Source: Haliotis cracherodii (taxonomy: Eukaryota). From it: a stretch of DNA of 64,000 bases. Under the pieces are notes generated by a model, which saw only the letters and a list, made by a program, of their open reading frames with translations, did no database searches and had not been told where the DNA came from. The DNA is taken from the NCBI RefSeq assembly GCF_022045235.1, contig NW_027266275.1, forward strand, positions 69,688,001 to 69,752,000, given 5' to 3'. Positions 25,413-38,870 of this stretch are shown here, piece by piece. Made by a program: the position numbers and the translations under genes. How positions within the stretch are numbered: the first letter of the stretch is position 1; each line of letters opens with the position of its first letter.

Positions 25413-27926
25413 AAGCTTTTCACCGAACTTGACTTTACTCTTTACTCATTCGCTTTTCAGGAATATTTACTTATGAACCGTAATATTCGAACAGTTCATG
25501 ATGATAAAGTAAAAATGAAGATAATTTCTTTGCTTCTGTTGTACTTGCCACTCATCACGTCTTTCTGCGGACTAGGACTGAGGGACTCCGAACTGCAGTT
25601 TACAAAAGTCCAGGGTAAAACTGCAGTAATAATATCGCTAACGTGTTCGCTCATTCATATATAAACATTATTTTTTCATGGTGTATAACTTGATAACTTG
25701 AATGAAGCAGATATGTACCAGATACTTCTGCAAACTTCCATGTTATTAATTTCTATTTTTATTATGCAGGTATATAAATATTTGCAAACCCTGTCATTTC
25801 CTTTTACCACTAAATTTATCGTATTCACCAGCAATGTCTTGAGGAAATTGTAGCTTAATCATTTTTCAAGCTACCGCGTAGTTGGAATTTTGTTGAAAAA
25901 TAAACCGAAAATAAATACGTGATAAACAAAAAAAAAATGTTTTCTTCAGTTAGTATCCTTTCATGTATGTTAAGGCTGTGGTGGTATTGACCCTGTTAAC
26001 AAGACCTTCTGTACAAGATGACATTCAAAAGCTGGAATTACACCGACCTCGTTCTTTAGCAGATTGTACGTGAGTCTAATCCCGTTAGTGGCCGCTGATC
26101 ATGGGATCATCTCCAAGGTTCCCACTGGATCATTTTAAGTCATTTATTTGTGAACAGATAAAATTCAGCTATATTCAAATCATCATGTAACGAACAAGGA
26201 TAAATAACGTTCGTATTTAATAACAGCTCAAAAGATTATTCGTTATATCCAGGCATTCGCTAAATACGAGTTCGATATACCAAAAGTTGATTTTTTGCAG
26301 TATTCATCTGTGTACTCCCAACATGATTAAAACATCTGAGAATCATTCTCGGTATCCCCTGATGTGATATGCAGGACTACTGCTATCTCATCCATCTTGG
26401 TGCTACACAACATGTAGGGATTTTATCAACGTCAAACTGGGTGAATATTATCATATATATAGTTCATTGTAAGTACTTATGATAATTATTACTGTATCAG
26501 TTGAATCTACACATGCCATTAGTTCTTGGTGACCTTACTAGTTTGGTGGTCGTCACATGAATGAGATGAATATCCTTCACAACTGTCATTATCAGAGGGA
26601 AGTCAGTTCTAGTTATTGATTGATGGATTTAGTGCGACCCCGGTTTTGTGTTAATGCAACAGTTGTTCATGTGCAAGCAGCTTTTAATTACTGCAGAACT
26701 TCAGTAGGTTAGGATGTAGCTTAACGATTAATACGCAGCGTTTGAGGTGGATAAGCAAATGTAACGCTGCTTCATTTATTATCATGTGCTGAGGTCATTT
26801 GAAGCGTATGTGTCACATGTGATTCAATAACAAAGGATTCACATTGAATTCATGGCTAACCAAGTGTGTCTGGAACGCAGGTTCAGGGGCCGTATTAGAA
26901 TGAATACGGTTTACAGCTTTGCTCGAAACATCTGAGATGTCACCTAGTTAATTAGTACCACGCCGAATGACAGAAACATGTTACCAGCAGTAGGATACGT
27001 ATGTCGGTCTGGCGGAAAACACTATAACCATCGTCAAGATGGTAACGGCTAAAACACATTGACCTAAAATACTAGATCTCACCAAAACATTGTCCTACAA
27101 TAGCTCAGCCGCACCCAATTGTCCTACGAGAGAAAGGGGTGGCAATCGTCCTTGGCGCCGCATTTTGTTGTGCAGAGTTGCGTCCCTTGGGCACACCTGA
27201 AACCTATTATTGTAGGTTCGATTCCCGGTTCCCCCCACTTTAAGCCGACAGTGCCGTTCAAAGCGGCGTTAAACCCTACTCACTCACTTACAATGTTCTA
27301 CATTATCTCAGTCACATCACATTACCTTACAATCAATCACACCACAATGGTAGCAGTGCGATCAAACTCGACCCGTAGGGGTACAGTGACACACAAGCAC
27401 AACCAGATCAAGGCTGCAAGTTTAAACGAATCGTTATCAGATGACCAAAACTATATTTGTTGCAGCCAGTGGTCAGGATCCATGATTTTGACTAATCGTA
27501 CTAAAGTGTTTTAGTAAAAGGAAAAAAAGGAAAAAACTTGAAAAAATGCAGTGCCGTGAAAACACGCGGGTTCATATCCATCAGTTAGTTTGTCACTGTA
27601 AACTGAAACCATGTACTGCATACAAGCAATCCGACTGACACAATTACTTCCACACAAAATGATAGCAACGTGATAGTCGTGTATTTAAATGAGACAGTAC
27701 ATGCGATCATGTTACTCATCATGAAATATCCCAGCCAGTAGTCGAGGCAACACGTGCTCATTATGATGAATATTCAAATTTGTGACTGTTCATCTGTGGT
27801 CACCGAGCAGTGGTTCCAGATGGAATAGGTGACACCAACAACGGCACGAGTACATGTCAAGTCCATTGCAGTTTGACAGACATTGACAAGTGATTGGATA
27901 TACATGTGGGTCGATTTCAAAACAAT

Positions 27927-27995
27927 ATGGCAGCGTATGATGAAGCATTTGCAAAATCTGGCCAAATCCCTGGATTAGAAATATGGAGGATTGAG
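27927..27995 (+). CDS. Gelsolin/villin-family protein, coding exon 1 (MAAYDEAFAKSGQIPGLEIWRIE)
   Basis: Manual translation gives the G1 motif PGLEIWRIE. ATG is in aatATGg context with an in-frame TGA at 27891. Donor GAG|gtggg, phase 0. No signal peptide. Confidence 0.92.
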
Positions 27996-28989
27996 GTGGG
28001 CATTTAGTTTTTCATATATGATTATTTTGCATTTAATGATGCGTAATTTATACACTATTGATATAGTGTGATAATCCCGATTAATCAGAAATCGGTTACC
28101 TGATGTTATAGGTGCAGTTTAATCACGACCGTTAAATCAGAGACGGAGTTACAGGGTGCCGGCGACGTCATGCATCGGGAATATCCTGATACTCCTTTAG
28201 GGTTAAATCGATGCTGTTTAAATGTACCCCAGTTGTATGACCGTGCTCCTCAATGCAGATGCACGTGTTGATCTAGCTGGTTGTGATCCACACGCCTACA
28301 TAAATCAATATACAGTTGTGAATCATAGTCACATTTCTCTTGCATCCATATAGCTACTTATATGTATGTTACAAAGAAAACACTCTTCGCTATTGTTGTT
28401 TCCATCAAAGTGTTAACACGAATAATATAAGTTGACATGTTAATACGGATTCTCTGAATTGAAACAAACCTTCCCGTTCCACATTATAACGGGGCGATGG
28501 CTGTAGGGCATATCATGTGAACAACATATTTTATATTATTAGTGATAGAGAAAATGCAGATTTCAATATAACGATAACCCACTCACAAAATAATTTGCTT
28601 ACTTTGCAAAAAAAATGTGATGAATGGATACGAATTCGAATAACCTCAGCATTGAAAACTGTCACTGATACCACGTGCGTGTTGTGTGAGTATGGGTGCA
28701 CCGGCTTGTGTAGTGAATTCTATACCTAACAATATTGAGACAAATATATATTGTATTGATTCATACAATTTAATATAGGCTGTTAAACATCTATGCCATC
28801 TTTCAATACTATACAATATTTGGATATGACGTGTAGGGATACAACATAGGACATGAGCCGGAGATGGGGGGGGGTGGGGGTGGAGGAGGGGGGGGGGGGG
28901 GTGATGACTGCTTAACATCACGTAGAATAAACACTGCATTTCACTCATCGCATATGGATGCTGAGTCTGATGATGGTGTCAAGGGGAAG

Positions 28990-29520
28990 ACGTCGAGGCA
29001 CGTCGAGGACGTCCCTGGTCGAAATCACGGCGGGTGTTAACGTTTCGCGTCGTTCTCGGTTTTCGTGCATTGACGACGGAGCAACGTGGTCGTTATGGAG
29101 GGAGAGCCCGACGTCTCACCTTTCATGGCATAAATGATACTAGAGAGTGTCCCACGTTAACCTGCCTCTAGAGCCATACGAAGTTAGGCTGAAGGCAGAC
29201 GCGGATGGACCCAACTTATGCGGGACGTACAGAATGTGTCGTGTGTGCGCATATCGTATATCAAAATGTAGCCTGGGAGAAGACCTACTATGACGGAGAA
29301 ACATCGAAGACATCTATTGTAGCGAGTTAGTTGTAATTTGACTCCTGTTTCCTTCAAACGGGTGAAGTTCAGCACCACTCCGCCAAAAGCAAGTTCGAAC
29401 AGCAAACCTCTTTACTACTGATGTACAAACCCAGTGGGTCAAAAGCACACTGAGTTCAAAGTTACGCTGCACAATTAAACATCAGAGGAGGCAGTGTCTA
29501 TTTCTGCAATTGTTTTCCTT
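28990..29520 (+). pseudogene. Highly degenerate Tc1-type transposase relic
   Basis: Frameshifted pieces RRPTMTEKHRRHLL*, KRVKFS..SKFE and TIKH/GGSVYF occur in the order of the Tc1 motifs RKPLLT..H...RL.W, V.FSDESKF and TVKHGGGSVMVW. It abuts the MITE at 29525. Confidence 0.55.
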
Positions 29521-29524
29521 ACTA

Positions 29525-29699
29525 CAGTAAACTACGGCTATAACGAACTCAAAGGGACTACAAATTTTAGAACGTTATAACCGTAATTCGTTATAAGCAT
29601 ATATACAGCATAACTACAGCATATAGTCGTGACTAAAAAGTTAGTTCGTTATATCCGTTAGTTCGTTATAAGCGTGTTCGTTATAACCGTAGTTTACTG
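29525..29699. mobile_element. Second copy of the same MITE, opposite orientation
   Basis: TIR CAGTAAACTACGG(C/T)TATAACGAAC, TA TSD; interior matches the reverse complement of 5810-5982. Confidence 0.9.
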
Positions 29700-30886
29700 T
29701 ACTGTGTTTTACCACTTTTGCCTTCCCCTTATATCTACCTTTTCCCTTTACCCTCCCTTCCTCTAACACACTCGGGCGAAAAACTTAAGTGACGGTTTAT
29801 CGCCGTCATGATGTTAGCGTTGTTGCTGTGGCTTAATCTGTCTCCCAAACCCAACAAAATATTTTAACAAAGAGTCCAACTCAAGTCTAGAATGACTTGG
29901 TAAATCTAGACTGCCTCAGCTCTAGGATTGTTCTTGGCTGTATTTGGATTTTATTTCATATTTAGACGATATAGACTTTTAGATATGAGAACTTTATTTC
30001 TGGGACCAAATATCAGTCAAGCTGAAGCTGAGTGAGCGGCGAGTGTCATGGCCTGGTTTGGCCCTGGGACAGGTTCCTCCACGTTGTCACTACAAGGACT
30101 GTTTAACCAACGGCTGTTAGTATTAATTACGTCTTTAAGAACAACACGAGCTTTTGGAACATCCGATGGTGATGTATTGGCATAATAATTCTTTGGTGGT
30201 TATATGAGCCAACTTCATCCAGGCAACAACAGAAGGTCTTTGGCCATGGCGATGTTTCATAATACCTCCAGACTGATCACCAGACCTCCCCCATCACGAG
30301 ACCAATATCACGAGACGTATCTTAAATGTTTATTCCAGCCATGGTAACTACATATTTTAGGAAACTGTAATACTTCTAAATGTAAGAAAATAATCCAGAG
30401 ACTCCTCGATATGTGTCACTCAAAGTTGAGCGAATCTTTGTAAGAGTGTCTGCCAAATATTCATGAAACCCCAGAAGGGTCGTTTCATCTTTATAAACAA
30501 ATCATATACACCAGGTTATTATTGGGTTATTTGTATGTGGTACTTTTTCAAGGGCACCCATCAGACACTACCAGATGTAAGTGATGCCTCATGAGGTCAA
30601 AACTTTCGGTGTCGTCATATACTCATTAATATCAGTACGAAAAAGTCACATCTATACAAAAACATAAATTATATCAATACTAATCCTATTGAATATACGC
30701 ACCATACTAATACACATGAGTCCGAAGGGGGAACGGGATATTGCTAAACCAGAAGGCGACCTCTTAAACACTTACGAGAGGAAAGAAATGAGTAAGTTCC
30801 TTCACTACTCATATTCATACTTGTATAACGCGCATTTTACATTGCCAGAACCACATTGTCAAGGGCTTTTCGAGCGGACTGTAAAT

Positions 30887-30945
30887 AGGTGAGGTGAAAT
30901 GGGGTTTAACGTCGCGTCCAAGATTATTGCACTTATATAGCGACG

Positions 30946-30996
<51 letters not shown>

Positions 30997-31256
30997 CTGC
31001 TTGTACTAGTCCGGACTGGTGCCAATTTATAGTGCTAGCACACTGAGATACCATGCCGCGGTTTAACATTAATACCCCACTCAGACACAGTAAACTGACT
31101 CCGAGCCGACCAGTCCTTGTTTTAGCCCCTTAATGCCGAGCGCCAGACAGGGTAACAACAAGTACCATCTTTTAACGTCTTTTGGTATGACGCGGCTGGG
31201 GACCGGACCTTCCGCTCTCCGCGCGGACGCTCTACCCTTAGACCACGGAGGCGGTC
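30887..31256 (-). mobile_element. SINE family B with an expanded internal (CA)n
   Basis: Full copy; (GT)~22 at 30951-30994. Confidence 0.9.
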
Positions 31257-33353
31257 TTCATGGATATAGGAGCTATAATATGTGTAATACCTGAACATCA
31301 AGTTCCGTCATGGAATTTATACGCATATTCATACATGTATAAATCATTTCGCGTGCAAATCGCCGAATTGTCCTTCATTCCTTATTTGTCACTTAAATGG
31401 TACGTTCTGACTGATTTTCTGCGACAAAACAGGAAAAGTATCCCAATTTAATTATTAACTTGAACTCTCGGGATATAACTGTTCATGTCCCAATAACGGT
31501 ACCTGGTAACGGTACAGGGGCTGTGTAATCACGTGCAACACATGTGGGGTAAAAGGGTCACGGTTTCCCTTCCTAAGTCAAAAGGTTCTAAACTGACGCC
31601 CACATTTGACATATTACGTGACGAATTATCCTTTCCATGTTCTTTGTCGTCACTTTGTCACCTGATATGACAGTGTGATTCTTTGACCTTGTGATGTAGC
31701 CTGCGGTTTTAGTACCACCGCAATATGCAATTAATATCTATGTCGTTTGATTAAAATAGCGAAGCATACTGATGGCATGCTATAACAAGATATCTCTGAA
31801 TAGATCACGTTGTCACCTGATATTTCAGAATAAATATTCACCCCGAGATGAGGTCCGTAGTTTTAGCACCATGGTGAAATGCAATATGAAACCTTAGTCG
31901 TTTGGTTTAGACGGCGAAACATTCCAGTGACAATGCCATAACCAAATTGTTCTAAATAAATTGTATTTAGTTTTTTTTAAAAAACGGGTATCAGATATCC
32001 AACAGAGTACACCGCGTATAGATGTGACAAGTGACATCGAGGCCAAATGCAGTGACACGGTGTAAGAAAACTCACTAAATTCAACCAATTGTCCTCCGTC
32101 TACGTGGCAGAAGAAAAGCTTCAAATCACGTTCATCCTCCGGAAGCAGATAGAAACGTACGGACCAAATTCCCCTCATTGCCCGCGGGGTAAGCTATCCA
32201 CTTACATACAAGTGCGGGTCCCAAGACGTCACGTTGATATCGGTGTCTCAATATATAGGTTTTGTCACCGCGACTTCAGTAACTGTGACTCGAAAAAGCA
32301 GACAGTGATCACATATTTATAAAATGAGTCGAGACAGTCATGCAACGTCACCATCATGATTTACAAAAGGTAACAGCAGTGAGCGATTGTTTGAGTGCAT
32401 GGAACGAATGTCGCATATTTTGAACGCTGCAGCAGTGTTCTGTGGTATACCATCCACATGACAAGCAGCAAAATTGATGCAAAAATACTGCCTTCAAAAT
32501 ATGTAGAATTTAATCATATTTATTCAATATTTTATTCATTGATACCATTTTTTAATAATATATAACCGTTATACTTTCCCTCCAGTACATTTCTAGCCTT
32601 AAAAGTTATAAAAATAGCAAACAGCTTAGAATATCTATCGTTGCTTTTTTCACAGTTCTTATGGATTTTATTTTAATTTAATGCGAAGCCGAATATAGAT
32701 AGTGTAAATAGCGTCATGACATTTATAGGAAAATAATTCATGTGAAAGTATGTGCATCGACATGAGCCTCACCGGGGTCAGTGCTGTGCCTGAAGTTGCA
32801 TCAGAGCCGTGGGGGAGGCTCTCCAACTGTCGTTGTTGCTGCTGCATGAGACGAAACAGAGCAGCAGTTATATAATACGTTCTGACACATACTCGTAAAA
32901 CCGACAGTGTTCATTTATTACGAGGAAGACCCAGGGAGGCAGCAGCGAGAAGGGTTTACATGATGAAGATGTGCTTAGTATCCTAGTTATCGGCCTAAAA
33001 TGTTGATCATTTCACGGTGAAATTGTTACAACATTACTCATACCCTTGTTGAAACACTTCAGGGGAATTTGTTGATGTACATGTAAACACGTTGTTGATG
33101 TTGACATTTTATATCAACATCCTTCAAGACATCGTGGGACATGCCAGATTCAAAATTGCAATGGTTTGTGAACGTAACATAAAATTACGAAGTACAAATT
33201 ACACGGAAAGACCCATTTTGCTTCCAACCGAGATTTTTATTAAGTCATTCCAGAAATGTTATGTGGTCATTCGGATGAATTTCCTGAACATGACACAGCG
33301 ATTGTCAGGGCGTATTTAATACCTCCGGACTCAATTTGTTATAATAAACATTG

Positions 33354-33492
33354 CTCGTCACGCCGAAGACCCGGGTTCGAATCCCGACATGGGTACAATA
33401 TGTGAAGCTCATTTCTGGTGTCCCTCGCCGTGATATTGCTGGAATATTGCTAAAAGCGGCGTAAAACCAAACTCACTCACTCACTCACTCAC
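33354..33492 (+). mobile_element. SINE family A, 5'-truncated
   Basis: 14-bp TSD TATAATAAACATTG. Confidence 0.9.
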
Positions 33493-33764
33493 TATAATAA
33501 ACATTGTGTGCGTGACTTGCCCTCTTCAAGAACACCTGGTTGCAACATTGGTTTTCAGTGATCCATGAATATAATTTTCATCACAATTGTGCCATTTTTT
33601 GCATATTTAAGACTGATTTTTCTCTAGCGTTGAAGTATTGAATGTATTTATGTTAAATATATGTTTCGTATACATATTAAATGTCGAATAGTATCGCAAT
33701 TTTGTATTTGCAATAGACAGAATAGAAAATAATTTTGTTCGATTCTTCCTTCTTTATTAACAAG

Positions 33765-34036
33765 GGGGCATGGGTGGCCCCGTCGTCTAAGGCGCAGCGA
33801 TTCGCTGTGCAGAGTTGCGTCCCTTTGGCACTCCAGAAACCTATGATTGTGGGTTCGAATCCCGGTTCGCCCCGATTATGTTTCTAGGTTTGTCAGCACC
33901 ATACCCGTTCTCGTGGGTTTAATAAAGGTGATAAACGTTTGAGACCTGCATTACTTCGGGCTTTCCTCCTACATTAAGCTGACACCTTGCAATATAACTG
34001 GAATACTGTTGAAAACGGCGTTAAACTCACTCACTC
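33765..34036 (+). mobile_element. SINE family D (tRNA-Leu-like extended head, V-domain-like body, (ACTC)n tail)
   Basis: GTCTAAGGCGC...GTGGGTTCGAATCCC head; CGTGGGTTT...TTCGGGCTTTCCTCC body resembles the V domain. Confidence 0.8.
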
Positions 34037-35197
34037 GTAATTAGCATAAGGAGTATTATAAACTTTATATAAATGCAAAAGCTTTAAAAGCGATGGTATT
34101 CTTAAGTGAAATTTGTACCAGAACACCATCTTGTGGAAGTTAAACTTAAACGTTATTGCCCTCGAACATGGCCATAATGCTAACAGACAACCAAACCGAT
34201 ACCCAGCCAGTACCTGGGAGAATATTTACGGCATCCCAACAACTAACCTCGCTGCTCTTCAAATAATGTTGTGTTGACACAACCTTCCTGCACTACCTGT
34301 TCAGGTAGAGGTGATATTTTATACCCGCAGTCAATATGTCCAATAAATTCTGCAACAGATTGTACTGAGATAGGATGTACGAATTCCAAAGTCTGTCAAG
34401 ACACCATTTGCCTCCCTAAACCTCGAATGGTTATAAACACAGCGTACATATCGTTTACATGCATTAGTAATGGTGGCCACAGGAAGCCAAAACATATAGC
34501 CTTGTCTCTGTCATGTTGCATCATGTTTCAGAAACATGTACACTGTAATTTTAATTTCAACAGGCATAAAACTGTCAGTACAATGTGCTTCGTCATATAA
34601 TGAAGCGTGCCAGACATGTGAGCTTTTCTCTTTTTTAACAATATTCAAGTAATTATAGGGCAGGGGACATAGACATTGGTGATTCATAAACACATGCTTG
34701 AGATATAGTTGGAATCGTACAATCAACTCGATTTCTTATAAACATGGAGAGCTTTTGTCGCTTTTGTTCGCGTGTTATCACAGTCTGCAGCAATTGAAAT
34801 GAAATGTATGACCATGATGCATATTCAGTACAGCACTGAACAGTGCAACTGACATGATGAAATGGGATATAGACATGCACCAGGCTGTACACGGATGTCT
34901 ATGATTCACTCGACGTGTATGCACGACAGCTGGTGATCTCCATGAAGTGCAGTACTGTAGCAATGATGCCACTGTACACCTTACGCTTGATGAGTTACTC
35001 AGTTCGCTTTTTGTAACTCGTCTTTTGATTGTGGTAGTGACTGTGTTTGAATCAGCAACAATCACCGTTGGGTCTAGCAGTGCTCCACTTTTACCATTTG
35101 TTGTAAAAGTTGTTTTTAAGTGTGCTTCTGACCGATTTCAGGCGGTGTCACCTAAGTGTGCCTCTGTGTTATTCAGGGACCGATCTATAAGAATATC

Positions 35198-35360
35198 AGT
35201 GAGTGAGTATGGTTTTACGCCGTTTTTAGCAATATTCCAGCAATATCACGGCGGGGGTCACCAGAAATGGGCTTCACACATTGTACCCATGTCGGGAATC
35301 GAACCCGGGTCTTCGGCGTGACGAGCGGACGCTTTAACCACTAGGCTACCCGACCGCCCC
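35198..35360 (-). mobile_element. SINE family A
   Basis: Full copy with TSD TATAAGAAT. Confidence 0.9.
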
Positions 35361-35626
35361 TATAAGAATCAAATGTGAACCATTGGGTGATGACATTCAC
35401 AATGAATGTCACGTTACGCCAATGCCTTTGTAGATAATAGGAATGTTAGTATTTCTGTAACATTAAAACTACTTTGTTTGTTTGTTTGTTTGTTGTTTAA
35501 TGCCGCCCTCAGCAATTTCCCAGCTATATGACGGCGGTCTGTAAATAATTGAGTCTGTAAAAGTACTTAAAACAGTACTGATACAATCAAAGCGCCTTGT
35601 GCAGTGATAACTAAATTGATCGATAT

Positions 35627-35894
35627 CGTGTTGTGACAGTATTATCCCTTTATTGTCAACACCTACCTATGTTATCCCACTTATATATGCAATTGTAGTT
35701 ACTGTTAATCCTGTACTGTTAATCCCGCACCTACTATATATATTCTGTACTTAGTCCCTCATTCAGTCCTGCTTGACAACGGTATAAGGATCTATACCGA
35801 AACGTCGCTTTTTACAGTGTCAAAGAAGTTGTTATCCGTAAAGTTGTGTCTACCTTGCATACGTCAACTTCTAAGTAATGCCTATCAAACAATG
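35627..35894 (+). mobile_element. Penelope-like pseudo-LTR relic with a minimal type I hammerhead motif
   Basis: Flanked by GATCGATAT direct repeats (35618-35626, 35895-35903). Contains TTGACAA-C-GGTATA-aggatc-TATACC-GAAACGTC. Confidence 0.6.
35771..35808 (+). ncRNA. Minimal hammerhead ribozyme-like motif (U3-A8 core variant)
   Basis: Core UUGACAA, 6-bp stem II, GAAA, palindromic ACGU in place of stem III, GUC triplet. Stem I is only 2 bp, so probably decayed. Confidence 0.55.
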
Positions 35895-36149
35895 GATCGA
35901 TATTATTGATTTTCTTTACAGAGGACAAGACTGCGGCTTTCGGCAGTTCTACTTAGTTTGAATTAAGGTACACCGAAGCACACTCGATTTTTTGTTTGCC
36001 GACTCAATGAAATGCATGTCGACATAACTGCATGAGAACACTAATTACAGAGAGACATTGACTCCCCACATTGCACGAATCACAACGACTAGACGGGCAA
36101 TGGGCACAATGGGAACATAGTCTCCCTCATGTTAGCCGTGTCCCTTGCA

Positions 36150-36440
36150 GTGAGGTAGAATGGGGTTTATTGTCGCGTTCAAGATTCTTGCATAAATATA
36201 CCGACGTGTTTGTGTGTCTGTGTGTTGCTGCCTGTACGACTCCAGACTAAGGCGGTTTTATAGTGCTAGCCTACTGAGATACCATACCGCAGTTCAACAT
36301 GAATACCCATTCAGACACAGTAAACTGATTCCGAGCCGACATTCCTTGTTTTATCCCCTTAATACCGAGCGTCAGGCAGGGCAACAACATGTATCGTAGT
36401 TTAACGTCGTTTGGTATGACGCAGCCTAGGGATCGAATCA
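36150..36440 (-). mobile_element. SINE family B, old copy
   Basis: Diverged colinear match. Further fragments at ~38880-39026 and ~47500-47670. Confidence 0.75.
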
Positions 36441-38654
36441 CTATTCAATGCATAACAGGTGTTTCAGAATGTTCATGCTGATAAGAGTATACAAAGCGAT
36501 ACTTTGTTTAGAACATGTGGGAATGTTAATAAGTAGCCTGTGATGGACAGAGTGTGGTTATACATCAGAGACCGGACTTGTTCAGGAGAACCTTAATCAG
36601 TCGACCTGGAACACACATACTGTGCTGTCCATTTTCTCCGACACGAGCCCATTTCAAAGCCAAAATATACATTGTCGGTATTCCACACAATATTGCCCCG
36701 TAGGAAACCAGACAGTTCTGAGAATGTTTCTGTGACATTTGATACTTACATCTAAGTACCAACCTCTCTCAGCTGTTACCTGTAACTATGCTACTTGTAT
36801 AAGAGAACCAGCATTTCATATTCTTCGTGGAGGAGAGGGGATGGGGGGAGGGAGGCGGAGACTGGTTTTGATATTTTCGACACTCATTATCGATGAGTGA
36901 ATATGGTCATACGTCGAGGTCAGCACTGCAGAGGTCAGTTTATTCTTCAGTCTTGGACAAGAATACAAGTAGCTGTTTGTTTGTTGGTTGGTTTGTTTGT
37001 TGGTTGAACGCCGCATTCAGCAATATTACAGCTATGACGACGGGACCGGACCGGACAATCCAATGGTTGACATCATGAGCATCGATCTCCACAACTGTGA
37101 TACGATGACATAGTAGCTGTTTCTATGCACAACAGTCTTACCCCGGGACACCGTCACACACAACCATCCAGGTCACTGTCACCACCCGATTTCCATACTC
37201 GGCTCTAACGACACCGGGTGTTAACGCCGCACTCAGCAATATACCAGTTATATCACAGCGATCTGTAAATAGCCGAATGTGGATCATACAAACCAGTGAT
37301 TGATATCATGAGCAACGACCCACGCCGTCGGGGTAAGATGCCCCGCAATCAACCAAGTCACGGTGCTGACCAGCCGACATATTGAATTGCTTCTTCCAGC
37401 CAGCATATGTGTTGGGGACCTATCCACACTCGGAGCATGTGGCAAGTGCAAATCAGCAATACTATGTATACGTACAGGGAAGAGCTGTTGTGCATATTTC
37501 ATGCTGCATTTATATTTCCCGAACTTTTTTGTAGAATATAATACATATTTGAGGGGCACTATATGATATGCTTAAGAAGTGAATGTACTCACTTTCAAAC
37601 GACAGTTTACTAAATAGACTATATAATTTTTATTGAAATTTATAGACTTAGACTATAACTAAATTGTTTTCTGCGTTGTCGGTAGCGTATTGAGAATAAA
37701 TATTGAATTACAAACAGATTATGAATGTGTTATTGACTCAGTTCTTTAACGTATGACCTGACATTATGAGTGCAAGTAATTTGTACGCATACATGATGTC
37801 TTATCGTGTCTTTGGTGGCTGTCGTTTATACACACTAAAAGTTCTATAACAGTTGAATGTAGACAACACTTTTTTGGAGTATGTATCCATGCACCGTTTC
37901 AACGATAACGTGCAAAAACTAAATTAAAAGACAACACAATATACTTCTTACGTATTTTCTTTAGACTTAGGGAGCAATAACTGAGTATATAAATTACACG
38001 AAACACCTTTTCATGAAGTAGAACACTTACAGATTACAAATGTACTGACAGTAAGTTAGGTCCTCCTGTAGCCAGAACTGGAATAATCTGTCAATCTGGA
38101 AACGGCATGCATCACTTGTGGCAAATTACCTCTCGGTAGCACTCAACCTCATGATCAATCTGGCACGTGCTTTGGTCACGTGATGCTCGGTGACATTGAC
38201 CTTCTGATTGCTTCTGCGTATGTGTCTCCATGACGCCCACCATCGTCAGGTGTATCAAGTTCTCCCGTTGGAATAAGTTGTGGCAGATCCTTGAGTGATA
38301 TTTTATAGTTATGTCATTTCCATTACCTGTGTGTGTTGTTACACGTTCATTAATGGTTAAGGGGTGGTGGTTCAGGGCAGTTCCTCGCTTGCATTCAAAG
38401 TGCTTGCTTCCATTCTCAATAAAAGTTCATCTTACGCTCGAATCATGAAGCATTCCTCGGCTTTGTCCGTTTTCCGTTACAGAAAATTGATTGTTAACTC
38501 TGCAGAGCGCAGGTTATACTTTGATAATTAAATGATCAACATGATACTCATTAAAAATTGCCATGATCAACGAAAGCTCTGCTTAAAGCAGGGTCCATTG
38601 ATCTATTCCAACTATATCATAAGCCTGTGTCTATGAATCACTGCCTAATAGTGA

Positions 38655-38870
38655 CGATACCAGGTGTTCCCGTAAAGGTGAGCATATTCTGCCCCACTCG
38701 TAACACACGCAAAGGCAGGTCATCTGTTCACCTGATAAACAAACACGAAACAAATGCAGCAAATGAAACAAGTCAAAATAGGAATTGCATCAGATATCAA
38801 TATTTGTCTCTGTTCCGTATCAAATATGGAAATGTCCTCCGCTTGTGACGAAATGGCCAAAATTATTTGT
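38655..38870 (-). mobile_element. 3' end fragment of the same Penelope-like family
   Basis: Reverse complement matches 22770-22840 (GATGCAATTCCTATTTTGACTTG) and extends to CACCTGGTATC. Confidence 0.7.
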
